A DNA stretch of 64,000 bases from Candidatus Enterousia sp. (GTDB lineage Bacteria; Pseudomonadota; Alphaproteobacteria; Rs-D84). The notes beneath the pieces were generated by a model. That model searched no databases and had not been told where the DNA came from. It was given only the letters and a program-made list of their open reading frames with translations. Positions 28,743-38,837 of this stretch are shown here, one piece after another. The translations under genes were made by a program, and so were the position numbers. Each line of letters opens with the position of its first letter. Position 1 is the first letter of the stretch. The DNA lies in contig JAZRMF010000005.1 of NCBI GenBank assembly GCA_045647355.1, positions 13,288 to 77,287 of the forward strand, written 5' to 3'.

Positions 28743-29432
28743 ATGCACTTTAATATACTGACCGTTTTTCCAGAAATGTTTCCCGGTACGCTTGGCGGCG
28801 GGGTTGTTGGTCGCGCATTGGCCGACGGGATATGGTCGTATAAAGTGATAAATATTCGCGACTTTGCCATAAATGACTATGGCAGCGTTGATGACGCGCA
28901 ATTTGGTGGTGGCGCAGGCATGGTTATGCGCCCAGACGTTTTGGGTGATGCATTGGATTCTATTGAAAACCCGGGGCAAATCATCTATTTTTCACCCCGC
29001 GGGCCACGGCTTGACCAAAAAATGGTTCGTGATTTTGCATCGACCCCAGACAACAAGGTGTTTACCCTGCTCTGCGGCCGATACGAAGGAATTGACCAAC
29101 GGGTCATTGATGCGTATAATATTATGGAATTATCAATCGGCGATTATATCTTGTCTGGGGGCGAAATTGCCGCGCAAGTTTTTGTTGACAGTTGCGTTCG
29201 CTTGGTTGATAATGTCGTCGGTGGTGGGGTTGAATCCACTGCGAACGAAAGTTTTGAAATCGGGGGGCTGGAATGGCCGTTATACACCCGCCCGTCAGTA
29301 TGGCGTGGACAAAGTGTCCCAGAAGTCCTGCTGTCCGGCCACCACGGCAACATAGAACGGTGGCGGAAACAACAATCGGACGAAATAACAAAAGAACGTC
29401 GTCCGGACTTAATAAAGGAAAATGAAAAATGA
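28743..29432 (+). CDS. trmD: tRNA (guanine37-N1)-methyltransferase
   Basis: [52 protein letters not shown]. Confidence 0.97.
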   Translation: MHFNILTVFPEMFPGTLGGGVVGRALADGIWSYKVINIRDFAINDYGSVDDAQFGGGAGMVMRPDVLGDALDSIENPGQIIYFSPRGPRLDQKMVRDFASTPDNKVFTLLCGRYEGIDQRVIDAYNIMELSIGDYILSGGEIAAQVFVDSCVRLVDNVVGGGVESTANESFEIGGLEWPLYTRPSVWRGQSVPEVLLSGHHGNIERWRKQQSDEITKERRPDLIKENEK

Positions 29433-29818
29433 ACATTATTAAAAAAATAGAACAGGCAAATGTTGAAAAGATGCGTGCCGGTAAAAAAATCCCGAACTTC
29501 AAGGCGGGTGATACATTGCGTGTACACGTAAAAATCAAAGATGGCGACAAATTCCGTATTCAATTATTCGAAGGTGTCGTTATCGCACGTGACGGTGGCG
29601 AAGGCAACACTGCATCTTTCACGGTTCGCCGCGAATCATACGGTGTTGGTGTGGAACGCAAATTCCCATTATACAGCCCGGCAATCGAAAAAATTGAAAA
29701 GGTTCGTATTGGTCGCGTTCGTCGTGCAAAATTGTTCTTTCTGCGCAAACTGTCTGGTAAAAAGGCACGTATTGTTGAAGATTTATCTGCAACGTCTGCA
29801 GAAAAAAATGCAAAATAA
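29429..29818 (+). CDS. rplS: 50S ribosomal protein L19
   Basis: [40 protein letters not shown]. Confidence 0.97.
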   Translation: MNIIKKIEQANVEKMRAGKKIPNFKAGDTLRVHVKIKDGDKFRIQLFEGVVIARDGGEGNTASFTVRRESYGVGVERKFPLYSPAIEKIEKVRIGRVRRAKLFFLRKLSGKKARIVEDLSATSAEKNAK

Positions 29819-29835
29819 TTGCAAAACAACGTTTC

Positions 29836-29862
29836 AAAATCCCGCAAACGCGGGATTTTTTT
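29836..29862 (+). terminator. Intrinsic terminator after rplS
   Basis: AAAATCCCGC-AAAC-GCGGGATTTTTTT. Confidence 0.85.
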
Positions 29863-29915
29863 CTTTTTGATAATATGGTTTGACTTGGAAAACATATGGC
29901 GGTAACATGTATCAC

Positions 29916-30272
29916 ATGAAGAAGTTATTTTATATTTTATTTGGCGCCGTGGTTGCATTTGGATGCATTGATGAGGCACATGCCTTTACAGAACGCAAAA
30001 CTGCCACCCTGCGCATTATGGACAAGGCCGCTGGCAAAACACAAACCATTACTACGCCCATAGATAATGTCGTTCAATTTGAAAAAATATCGTTGGTTGT
30101 ACGTTCATGTCGGCAATCTGACCCGTTTGATGCGGAAAACTTTTACGCATTTACCGAAATTCGTAAATCTGATGGTGATTTAATATACAGTAATTGGATG
30201 AATCGCAATAACCCCGGTGTCAATCCCGTGCAAAATGCGGACTATGACGTGTGGGTTGTAAAGTGCGAATAA
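29916..30272 (+). CDS. DUF2155-family exported protein (leaderless)
   Basis: ATLRIMDK..., IYSNWM, YDVWVVKC; TTGACT-N17-TAACAT-N7-ATG. Confidence 0.8.
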   Translation: MKKLFYILFGAVVAFGCIDEAHAFTERKTATLRIMDKAAGKTQTITTPIDNVVQFEKISLVVRSCRQSDPFDAENFYAFTEIRKSDGDLIYSNWMNRNNPGVNPVQNADYDVWVVKCE

Positions 30273-30288
30273 CCATAGGGGGTGCGCC

Positions 30289-30600
30289 ATGAAAAAGTTT
30301 TTGAAAAAATATCTGAAATTTATCATTGGTATATGCGTATTGTTGCTGGTTGTGTTTGCATTTGTGACAATTCCCCGCAAATCGACATCATTGGAAAGTG
30401 CGAATCTGAAAGATTGGCGTGCCGCATCAATAGAACGTCGCATCGCCGCCGCCAAGATTTTAACCGCAAACAATACTAATTTAGAATTGTTGGTCGCGTG
30501 CGTTGATAAAATGGCGTCTCTGCCTGATGCGGGTGACATGCCGGTACGCGACGCCACAGAACTTTGTTTCATGGGCATAAAATTAAAAGACAATATCTAA
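30289..30600 (+). CDS. Hypothetical membrane-anchored protein
   Basis: N-terminal TM; AGGGGG RBS; TAATG coupling to the next gene. Confidence 0.7.
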   Translation: MKKFLKKYLKFIIGICVLLLVVFAFVTIPRKSTSLESANLKDWRAASIERRIAAAKILTANNTNLELLVACVDKMASLPDAGDMPVRDATELCFMGIKLKDNI

Positions 30601-31292
30601 TGTGGCGGATATTACTATTTACCCTTTTAATTGGTTGTGCGTATAATGCCGTCAATTATGATATTGGTGCAGAATACCTTGGGGTACCATATGTGACCAA
30701 TCCGTTGGGCGAAAATGCTGCGCCTGATACCGACCCGCTGATACGATTTGACGCGTTTGATTGTGTGACATTTGTTGAAACCGTACTTGCCGATGGCGAT
30801 GTGAATAAATTAAATAAAATAAGATATGCCGATGGCGTGCCAAACTTTATGACCCGCAACCATTTTATCGAAACAGATTGGTTGGAGAACAACCATGACA
30901 TAATGACAAATGTTAGTGCGCAATATGGCAAGATTGCAACCCGTAACGTTATAATAGACAAGAAAAAATGGTTTAAAACCGTACATAATATTGATACAGA
31001 CTTTGCGCCACGTAATATAGCATTAGAATATATTCCGTATGCCGACGCACACGATATCAAGGTTTCAAAACCTGTGATTGTCCTGTTTGTGATTAATAGT
31101 GAAAAGATTCGTAATAAAATCGGCACAGATTTGGCGGTGCGCCATATGGGATTCTTGTTGCCAGATGGTCGTCTGCGCCACGCATCACGCCGGGCAAAAC
31201 GTGTGGTCGATACAGATTTTGAAAAATATATAAACGCAAATATGGAAAATAAAAATAATTTGGGTATAATCTTGGTGGAAATAAAAAAATGA
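30600..31292 (+). CDS. DUF1460 / NlpC-P60-type N-acetylmuramoyl-L-alanine amidase-like protein
   Basis: YLGVPY, FDCVTFVETVLA, RNHF, HMGF, LRHAS. Confidence 0.85.
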   Translation: MWRILLFTLLIGCAYNAVNYDIGAEYLGVPYVTNPLGENAAPDTDPLIRFDAFDCVTFVETVLADGDVNKLNKIRYADGVPNFMTRNHFIETDWLENNHDIMTNVSAQYGKIATRNVIIDKKKWFKTVHNIDTDFAPRNIALEYIPYADAHDIKVSKPVIVLFVINSEKIRNKIGTDLAVRHMGFLLPDGRLRHASRRAKRVVDTDFEKYINANMENKNNLGIILVEIKK

Positions 31293-32419
31293 CAGAAAAC
31301 GAAACGCTTATAAAAATGGATATGGGGTCGCGCAGGGGTAATGCCGTGACGGGGCATGAACATGCGACCGTATGTTTGGGCATTGAATCTTCGTGCGATG
31401 AAACCAGTGCAGCCATCGTCGATTCAAACAAAAACATACTTGCGCATATCATATATTCACAAATACCCGAACATCAAAAATACGGTGGTGTCGTGCCTGA
31501 ACTGGCCGCACGCGCCCATATATTGGCCATTGATACCGTTATCAAACAAACATTGGAACGCGCAAATATGACCATTGATGACATAGATGTTATTGCGGCG
31601 ACAGCGGGACCAGGATTGATTGGTGGCGTTTTAATTGGATGGATGGCGGCAACTGGGATTGCGCAATCTGCACATAAACCATTAGTTGCAGTAAATCATT
31701 TAGAAGGACATGCATTGGTGCCACGTTTGGCGGCGGCAACGGCGGATAATTCCAATGCGCCGACAAATGTAGATTTTCCGTATTTGTTAATGTTGGCATC
31801 GGGCGGACATTGCCAAATTTTACTAGTACGTGGCGTAGGCAAATATGAATTGATTGGTCAAACATTGGATGACAGTGCCGGCGAAGCATTTGATAAAGTG
31901 TCAAAAATGCTGGGGCTTGGGTATCCAGGTGGTCCAATTGTTGATAAACGCGCCGCGATGGGTAATCCACGTGCGTTTGATTTTCCGCGACCATTGTGCG
32001 ACAAACCCAGTTGCGACTTTTCATTTAGTGGCATCAAAACTGCGGCACGCACATTTTTATCAAAAAACACACCGCCCTATTCTGACGATTTTATAAATGA
32101 TTTTTGTGCTTCTTTCCAGGCATCTGTGGTTGATTGCATAACTAACCGTTTGGAACACGCACTAAAAAGTCAATCTGTTCGCGATGCGGCACCAAAAACA
32201 TTGGTTGTTGCCGGCGGTGTTGCCAAAAACAGCGCTATACGCAGCGCGATGGAAACACTTGCCAAGCAACATAATATGATTTTTGCCGCACCACCAATGA
32301 ACCTGTGTACGGATAATGGTGCAATGATTGCGTGGGCAGGATTAGAAAATTATCAAATCGGCAACGTCGTTCATGAACCAATCGCACCACGTCCGCGTTG
32401 GCCATTAACCGAATTATAA
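31289..32419 (+). CDS. tsaD: tRNA N6-adenosine threonylcarbamoyltransferase TsaD
   Basis: LGIESSCDETS, GGVVPELAARAH, NHLEGH, DDSAGEAFDK, CTDNGAMIA. Confidence 0.97.
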   Translation: MTENETLIKMDMGSRRGNAVTGHEHATVCLGIESSCDETSAAIVDSNKNILAHIIYSQIPEHQKYGGVVPELAARAHILAIDTVIKQTLERANMTIDDIDVIAATAGPGLIGGVLIGWMAATGIAQSAHKPLVAVNHLEGHALVPRLAAATADNSNAPTNVDFPYLLMLASGGHCQILLVRGVGKYELIGQTLDDSAGEAFDKVSKMLGLGYPGGPIVDKRAAMGNPRAFDFPRPLCDKPSCDFSFSGIKTAARTFLSKNTPPYSDDFINDFCASFQASVVDCITNRLEHALKSQSVRDAAPKTLVVAGGVAKNSAIRSAMETLAKQHNMIFAAPPMNLCTDNGAMIAWAGLENYQIGNVVHEPIAPRPRWPLTEL

Positions 32420-32430
32420 AGGTGTGTAAT

Positions 32431-33606
32431 TTGTTGCCTAAACCAGAACCTTTTGTAAAACCTGATATGATTTTTTCGGTTTCCGACGCATCGGCATTGT
32501 TGAAAAACGTGGTAGAAACCGCGTTTCCTGTTATTAAAATTCGCGGGGAATTATCGCAAATAACTCGTGCAACATCGGGTCATATATATATGACAATCAA
32601 AGATGCTGGCGCGGCAATGTCGGTTATTATATGGCGCGGGACACCAATAAATTTTGCATTAAGTGATGGACTGGAAGTAATTATTACCGGGCGACTTACC
32701 ACATATCCGGCACGTAGTAATTATCAAATTGTGGCGTCTAATATTGAAATGGCGGGCGTTGGTGCAATCCTTAAAATGTTAGAAGAACGCAAACAAAAAC
32801 TGGCGGCCGAGGGGCTATTTGATGCGTCACGCAAGAAACCGTTGCCAAAATTACCAACAACAATCGGTGTTGTAACAAGCCCGACTGGCGCCGCATTCCA
32901 AGATATTCAAAACCGCCTGCGCGAACGTTTCCCAGTACACGTATTGCTGTACCCCGCAACCGTCCAAGGGGCGACCGCCGCGGCTGAGGTTGCCGCCGGC
33001 GTCAAATACTTTAATCGCGAAAAAAATGTAGATGTTATTATTGTTGCGCGTGGTGGCGGGTCATTGGAAGACTTGTTGCCGTTTTCCGAAGAAATTGTCG
33101 TGCGCGCCGTTGCTGAAAGTGAAATCCCAGTTATAACCGGTGTCGGACACGAACCAGATTGGATGCTGGTTGATTTTGCAGCCGATCACCGCGCACCCAC
33201 CCCAACTGGCGCGGCCGAGGCCGTTGTTCCAACCAAAATATCACTGATTCAAGAATTAGATAACCTTTGGCATAGATTATCATCAAATTTAACAACACGT
33301 CTTGGCAACGCACGAAATCGTATAGAAAACATAAATATCAAAAGCCCGCGACAAATGGTTATGGAACGCGCCCAACGGTTAGACGATATCACACGCACAC
33401 TTGGCATAATTATAAATGCAAAAATGGTGGACGCGCGCCGCAGCATTGAACATAGCGGTCAAATGCTGAATTCTTTGGGCTATAAAAACGTTTTGGCACG
33501 TGGATACGCGATTGTGCGCGACAAAGACAACACTATTATTTCATCGGCAACAAATGCTGATAAAATCGCCACTGTTGAATTTGCCGATGGTGTTGCAAAG
33601 ATTTAA
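32431..33606 (+). CDS. xseA: Exodeoxyribonuclease VII large subunit
   Basis: IRGELS, SGHIY, VVTSPTGAA, ARGGGSLEDL, GVGHEPD, APTPTGAAE; TTG start after AAGGTG. Confidence 0.95.
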   Translation: MLPKPEPFVKPDMIFSVSDASALLKNVVETAFPVIKIRGELSQITRATSGHIYMTIKDAGAAMSVIIWRGTPINFALSDGLEVIITGRLTTYPARSNYQIVASNIEMAGVGAILKMLEERKQKLAAEGLFDASRKKPLPKLPTTIGVVTSPTGAAFQDIQNRLRERFPVHVLLYPATVQGATAAAEVAAGVKYFNREKNVDVIIVARGGGSLEDLLPFSEEIVVRAVAESEIPVITGVGHEPDWMLVDFAADHRAPTPTGAAEAVVPTKISLIQELDNLWHRLSSNLTTRLGNARNRIENINIKSPRQMVMERAQRLDDITRTLGIIINAKMVDARRSIEHSGQMLNSLGYKNVLARGYAIVRDKDNTIISSATNADKIATVEFADGVAKI

Positions 33607-33665
33607 TACTGGACATATCCTTTTTTTTCGCTAGAATCCCTATGTTTCAAGGCAAGGAATTATAA

Positions 33666-34004
33666 ATGAGCAAACTATCAAAACAATTTAAAAACGAATG
33701 TATCGACATATTACAATCTGCAGATGTAACCATCACACAATCACAAGAAACCGAATATTATTTTGTTCTACGCACAGTGTATAACGTATCCCAAGATAAT
33801 ATGCACAAGTTTGAAATGAATATAGTCCCGGGGCGTTTTGGTATCTCACATTATACAATAACAAAACCAAATGGCCAAAAATTTTCATGTCGCGCACGTC
33901 CAGACGCCATTTTATTTCATCGCCCCAGGGCGGATGACATGCTGGAAATATTTCGCGCATTATGCCTTCGACATTTGATTCAAGAAAACAACACAAAGAA
34001 ATAA
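33666..34004 (+). CDS. Hypothetical protein
   Basis: 112-aa ORF; own promoter-like TGGACA..TAGAAT and AAGGA RBS. Confidence 0.65.
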   Translation: MSKLSKQFKNECIDILQSADVTITQSQETEYYFVLRTVYNVSQDNMHKFEMNIVPGRFGISHYTITKPNGQKFSCRARPDAILFHRPRADDMLEIFRALCLRHLIQENNTKK

Positions 34005-34011
34005 ATCGTTT

Positions 34012-35664
34012 TTATTTCATCAATGTTTTTGCAGTAGCCAATGATTCTGGCGTTATTTTTGCACCACTGATGATGCGCGCAATTTCATTCAGTCGTTCAT
34101 CGCCTGTTATCTCATGAACATTTGTGGTAGTTGTTTCACCGATAGATTGTTTTTCTATTTTAAAGTGTTTATCGGCATAACCTGCAACTTGGGCAGAATG
34201 GGTTATAACTAATGCCTGTGATCCGGCGGCAAGGCGGTTAAGCCGGTCGCCAACGGCGCTTGCGGTGGCACCACTGATACCGGTATCAACTTCGTCAAAA
34301 ATAAATGTGTGCGCAGTGTTTTCACCAGCCAACACCACACGCAATGCCAACATTAATCGTGCAAGTTCCCCGCCCGATGCAGATTTATGCAATGGCGCAA
34401 ATGGCATGCCTGGGTTTGTCTTTATCATAAATGTAACATCATCGTGCCCTGTCGCGCCCGGTGCAGTTTCGCCAATTTCAACATTAAAGTCGGCGTTGGC
34501 CAATTTTAAATCAGGCAATTCGCGTAAGATTCGTGTTCGCAATTCTGTGGCGGCCGATGTACGCGCCGTTGTTAAATGATTTGCAAATTCATCATATTCT
34601 TGTTTTGACTTGGTCACGGCCGATTTTAACTTTTTTAATTCTGCATCAGAATTATTTATCGTATTCAATGCAGATTCCATCTCGATTAATTTGTTTGGCA
34701 ATTCATCTGCGGCAACATGGTGTTTGCGTGCCGCGGCCCGTATTGCGAATAAACGTTCTTCAATAGAATCAACCGTATCAGTATCTATATCATCTGTGGT
34801 AATTTGTCCTGCGACATTGGCGACCAAATCCGCCGCATTATATAACATATCTATTTGTTCAGAATACGGATTTGGTTCGGTTTTGATGCGTTCCAAGATA
34901 TGCGCCACCGCAAATATCTGTGCATCCAATGTGTCACCACCACGTCCCATTGCAGTGATTGCATCATTTAAAATCGCCGCATTTTTCTGTGCATTTATTA
35001 TATCACTGCGCCGGTCGGACAATTCTTGTTCTTCGCCCGGTTTAACCTTTAATGCACGCAATTCGGCAACATTATGTTCCAAATATTCTTGTTCTATTGC
35101 GGACTTTGCAAGGAAATCTTCAATTTCATGCAATTTTGTTAATGTTGAACTATATGTGTTATATGCATTTTTTACATTCTTTAATAATTCATCAAAACCA
35201 TCAATATTTTTTGACGCAAAATCATCCAATGCAATACGGTGCATTGCTGGATTTAACAGCGCATGATTTGCAAATTGTCCATGAACCTCGACCAATTCAT
35301 CACCAACAGCCTTTAATGTTTTAATGGATACAGGCGTATCATTTATCCATGCGCGACTTTTACCATCCGTTCCCAGTGTACGCCGCAGAACCAATAAATC
35401 GCCATCGTATTCAATACCATATTCATTCAGTATATCCGTGGTCGCACCGTTTACCGCATCAAATTCCGCAATTACCGTTGCCACATCTGTACCATGACGC
35501 ACCAGACCGGTATCGGCACGTCCACCAAGTGCCAAAGACAACGCATCTAATAATATACTTTTACCTGCCCCTGTTTCACCAGTTAAAATATTCAACCCAG
35601 AACCAAATTCAAGATTTAGTTTGTCTATTAAAACAACATTAGAAATATGCAGTCCCGTTAACAT
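34012..35664 (-). CDS. recN: DNA repair protein RecN
   Basis: LTGETGAGKSILLDAL, VHGQ, ASGGELARLMLAL, FDEVDTGISG, ITHSAQVA. Confidence 0.97.
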   Translation of the reverse strand: MLTGLHISNVVLIDKLNLEFGSGLNILTGETGAGKSILLDALSLALGGRADTGLVRHGTDVATVIAEFDAVNGATTDILNEYGIEYDGDLLVLRRTLGTDGKSRAWINDTPVSIKTLKAVGDELVEVHGQFANHALLNPAMHRIALDDFASKNIDGFDELLKNVKNAYNTYSSTLTKLHEIEDFLAKSAIEQEYLEHNVAELRALKVKPGEEQELSDRRSDIINAQKNAAILNDAITAMGRGGDTLDAQIFAVAHILERIKTEPNPYSEQIDMLYNAADLVANVAGQITTDDIDTDTVDSIEERLFAIRAAARKHHVAADELPNKLIEMESALNTINNSDAELKKLKSAVTKSKQEYDEFANHLTTARTSAATELRTRILRELPDLKLANADFNVEIGETAPGATGHDDVTFMIKTNPGMPFAPLHKSASGGELARLMLALRVVLAGENTAHTFIFDEVDTGISGATASAVGDRLNRLAAGSQALVITHSAQVAGYADKHFKIEKQSIGETTTTNVHEITGDERLNEIARIISGAKITPESLATAKTLMK

Positions 35665-35682
35665 GTCGGTATTATTAACCTT

Positions 35683-36132
35683 TTATATCACATTTTCCAG
35701 TGTAAAATCGTTGGTCCACAGTATCTTGCATGTAATAGCAAAACCAGGATATATATCGGCAAGCAGTTTATAATATTCTGTTAATTGGCGAACATACTCT
35801 GGACGGAAACGCTCTTTATTCAAATCTGTTTTATAATCTATAACAACAACCGTTTTGGTTTCTTTATTGACGTACAGGCGGTCTATGCGACGACTTATAA
35901 AACGCCCATCTATGTATCCCGCAATAGGGACTTCGGTTTTTGAAAGCGGCCCCATATATTCAACCAATTCTTTATTACCAGAAATCTTGGCTACAATATC
36001 ACTATTCCCGCGCGCCATGCCATCGTCATCAAAAAATATATTTTGCATTTGGGCGTGCATTTCCGTTCCCACAGACACAGCATAATCTTGCCGTAACTTA
36101 TCGTTTATTAAATCGGTTATTTTATTCGCCAT
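35683..36132 (-). CDS. PD-(D/E)XK nuclease (AddA/RecB C-terminal nuclease domain as a separate gene)
   Basis: GTEMH, EVPI, RRIDRL, VIDYKTD, YVRQLTEY; own AAGGA RBS inside the addA 3' end. Confidence 0.85.
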   Translation of the reverse strand: MANKITDLINDKLRQDYAVSVGTEMHAQMQNIFFDDDGMARGNSDIVAKISGNKELVEYMGPLSKTEVPIAGYIDGRFISRRIDRLYVNKETKTVVVIDYKTDLNKERFRPEYVRQLTEYYKLLADIYPGFAITCKILWTNDFTLENVI

Positions 36133-38746
36133 AATTCGCAATCCTTAATTTATCGGTACTGACACACACACCCGGACATTCAGACAAAGTTTTCCATAAC
36201 AAACCATGCCACGATAATTCTGGGGCGGTTTTGTTTGTGGTAAACCCATAGATATACAGTTCATCACACGCACGTGTCATTGCTACATATAACAGGCGAA
36301 AGCTTTCTTCTGTGGATTTACGTGTCGCGTATGATTGTAATTCGGCAATCTCGGGACTAATTGCATCGGGATTTGATGACATCCACAACCATACTGGGAA
36401 ATCAGAATTTGCGGTCTTGATATCATAAAACCTATCTGTTTTGGGTGTCACAGTCGTATCTATTAAGAATACCGCCGGCGATTGAAGCCCCTTGCTGCCA
36501 TGCACCGTTACTATGCGCACCCCATCACCAGAATCCATATCGCGCTTGATTTCACTGGCACTGGTTATAAACCATTTAATAAAGTGCCGCAGTGTCCCCG
36601 GCCGTGTTCTTTCATAGGCCAGACACATCGTTAAAAACTCCTCTATTGGGTCAATAATTTGCGCACCCAATGCCGCAATCATATTTTCACGCACATTGTA
36701 ATGGTTTAATACGTACGTGAAAAATGTATATGGCCCGGCAACCGAATATTGATTTATAAAGTCAACCAACACATCATAAATATCAGGACGCATTGACTTA
36801 ACAAACTCTAAAACTGTTGCATGCGGGGCCTGTCTATCGGTCGTGCGACGACGTACGGTTTCGGCATTACGTGCGGCACATATGTTATAAACTTCTGCAT
36901 CCGTTAACGCAAAAATCGGACTTTTTAGCACACACCCCAAACTGTAATCATCGGCATTGTTTATACAGAAACGCAACAAATTCATTAAATCGCGGATGAC
37001 GGGATATTCTGGCAAGATTACTCGGTCACTGCCTGCAACCGCAATTCCACGATGCTTTAATTCGCCGCTTGTCATCGTCACCAATTGGCTACGTCGTTGA
37101 ACAAGAATCATTATATCAGACGGATTATATTTGCCCGATTTAATCAGAGTTTCAATTTTATCTGCTATGCCTCGAACATATTGCCGGCGCAAAATCGCAG
37201 TATCTTCTTCGGACGAAGACAATAGTTTATAAACCTCTACCGCCCCAGGTTTTCCAACACGAAAACATTTATGTTCGTTATTCTTGAACCCTGTTTTTTC
37301 TACGACATCCGCATTTCCAAAGAACATATCCACTGTATCCAAGATGGGTTTAGTAGATCTAAAATTTTGGGTTAATGCGGGTTCGCCAATTTGCCGTGCA
37401 TTGTTTTGAATATACGATGCGATTTTATCGCGACTGGATGCGAACGCCGCAGGATCTGCACCTTGGAATCCGTATATAGACTGTTTTGTGTCGCCCACAA
37501 CAAACAACGAACGCGGCAATCCGCTTTTGTCACCTTCGGCAAAAAAGTCACCTGCCAACATTTGTAAAATGTCCCATTGAATTGGCCCTGTGTCTTGTGC
37601 TTCATCAACCAATATATGCGATAAAGACAAATCCATTTGCGACAAAATCCAACCCATAGTTTCAGGATTAGAAAACAATCGATGCGTGTATAAAATTAAA
37701 TCTTCAAAATCAAGAACATTATATGTTTGTTTTAATTCTTGATATGTTCGCGCAAACGCCGCCGCCAAATCAAACAGTGCAATTGTATCATCGTAAATAT
37801 TTTTATTTACCAGGTAATCATTGTATTCTTTAACACGTTCTTTTTCGTTCGACAAATAATCATAATTTAATCCACGTTTTGGGTTTCCATTATTATACAG
37901 ATAACAAGATTTATATGTTTCAAAATTAATACTTTTTTCAAATGATTGTTTTATACAATTAATAATATCTATTAACGCCTTGGTTGGTGCTTTTTCGTTT
38001 TCCGCCTGCACTACAATATTTTCCATGGTTTTCCGGTCAAAATTCCATATTTTTTCGAACCCTATATTTAATTTTTTCTTAATCGTTTCAATAAAATAAT
38101 CACGATATTTAACAAAATCATTTGCCCGAAAAAAGTTTTTATATTGCTTTTCTATATTTTCTAATAAATCGCCAAATTTATATTCCGATACAACACCGAT
38201 AATATGTTCAAATGCGTTAATAGTATTTGAATCCATCGATGTTGAATTAATAACGCGTTCTAACGCCTCGTGCAGCAGAACCTTTTGTGGCGCATCAGAT
38301 ATCAACGACCACGATGGAGATATTCCCGCCTCGGTTGGAAAACGATGTAAAATTTCTTCACAAAAACCATGTATAGTTTTAATTTTTAATATTTCCGGGC
38401 TATCAATATATTTGAAAAATATGCTGCGGGCATGCTTTATATCTGTGTCATTTGGCACAGTATTTATTGCGATACCCTTTAACAAAGTAATTAATTCTTC
38501 GTCTGTTGCCATCGCCCATTCACGTAATGCCGCCAATATACGATTGCGCATTTCGCCCGCCGCCGCATTAGTATATGTCAAACACAAAATACCACCCATA
38601 GGTTCATCACTACGAAACAGAATTCGTAATAATCTTTCGGTTAAAACGCTTGTTTTCCCGGTGCCTGCATTTGCCTGAACCCAAACATTATTTGTCGGTT
38701 CTGCGGCAATTTCTTGTTCATCAGAAAGAGGCATTTTTTTTGTCAT
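36122..38746 (-). CDS. addA: AddA-type UvrD-family helicase lacking the nuclease domain
   Basis: WVQANAGTGKT, LTYTNAAAGEMRNRI, TIHGFC, LVDEAQDT, VGDTKQSIYGFQGA, TVHGSKGLQ, LLYVAMTRA. Confidence 0.88.
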   Translation of the reverse strand: MTKKMPLSDEQEIAAEPTNNVWVQANAGTGKTSVLTERLLRILFRSDEPMGGILCLTYTNAAAGEMRNRILAALREWAMATDEELITLLKGIAINTVPNDTDIKHARSIFFKYIDSPEILKIKTIHGFCEEILHRFPTEAGISPSWSLISDAPQKVLLHEALERVINSTSMDSNTINAFEHIIGVVSEYKFGDLLENIEKQYKNFFRANDFVKYRDYFIETIKKKLNIGFEKIWNFDRKTMENIVVQAENEKAPTKALIDIINCIKQSFEKSINFETYKSCYLYNNGNPKRGLNYDYLSNEKERVKEYNDYLVNKNIYDDTIALFDLAAAFARTYQELKQTYNVLDFEDLILYTHRLFSNPETMGWILSQMDLSLSHILVDEAQDTGPIQWDILQMLAGDFFAEGDKSGLPRSLFVVGDTKQSIYGFQGADPAAFASSRDKIASYIQNNARQIGEPALTQNFRSTKPILDTVDMFFGNADVVEKTGFKNNEHKCFRVGKPGAVEVYKLLSSSEEDTAILRRQYVRGIADKIETLIKSGKYNPSDIMILVQRRSQLVTMTSGELKHRGIAVAGSDRVILPEYPVIRDLMNLLRFCINNADDYSLGCVLKSPIFALTDAEVYNICAARNAETVRRRTTDRQAPHATVLEFVKSMRPDIYDVLVDFINQYSVAGPYTFFTYVLNHYNVRENMIAALGAQIIDPIEEFLTMCLAYERTRPGTLRHFIKWFITSASEIKRDMDSGDGVRIVTVHGSKGLQSPAVFLIDTTVTPKTDRFYDIKTANSDFPVWLWMSSNPDAISPEIAELQSYATRKSTEESFRLLYVAMTRACDELYIYGFTTNKTAPELSWHGLLWKTLSECPGVCVSTDKLRIANYGE

Positions 38747-38837
38747 TTATGTCCTTGCTTTACACCGCAAAGTTTAGTATAAAAGCATAAGAACTGCAAG
38801 AGATATATCTTGAACGCGTTATTGGGGGGCAAAAAAA

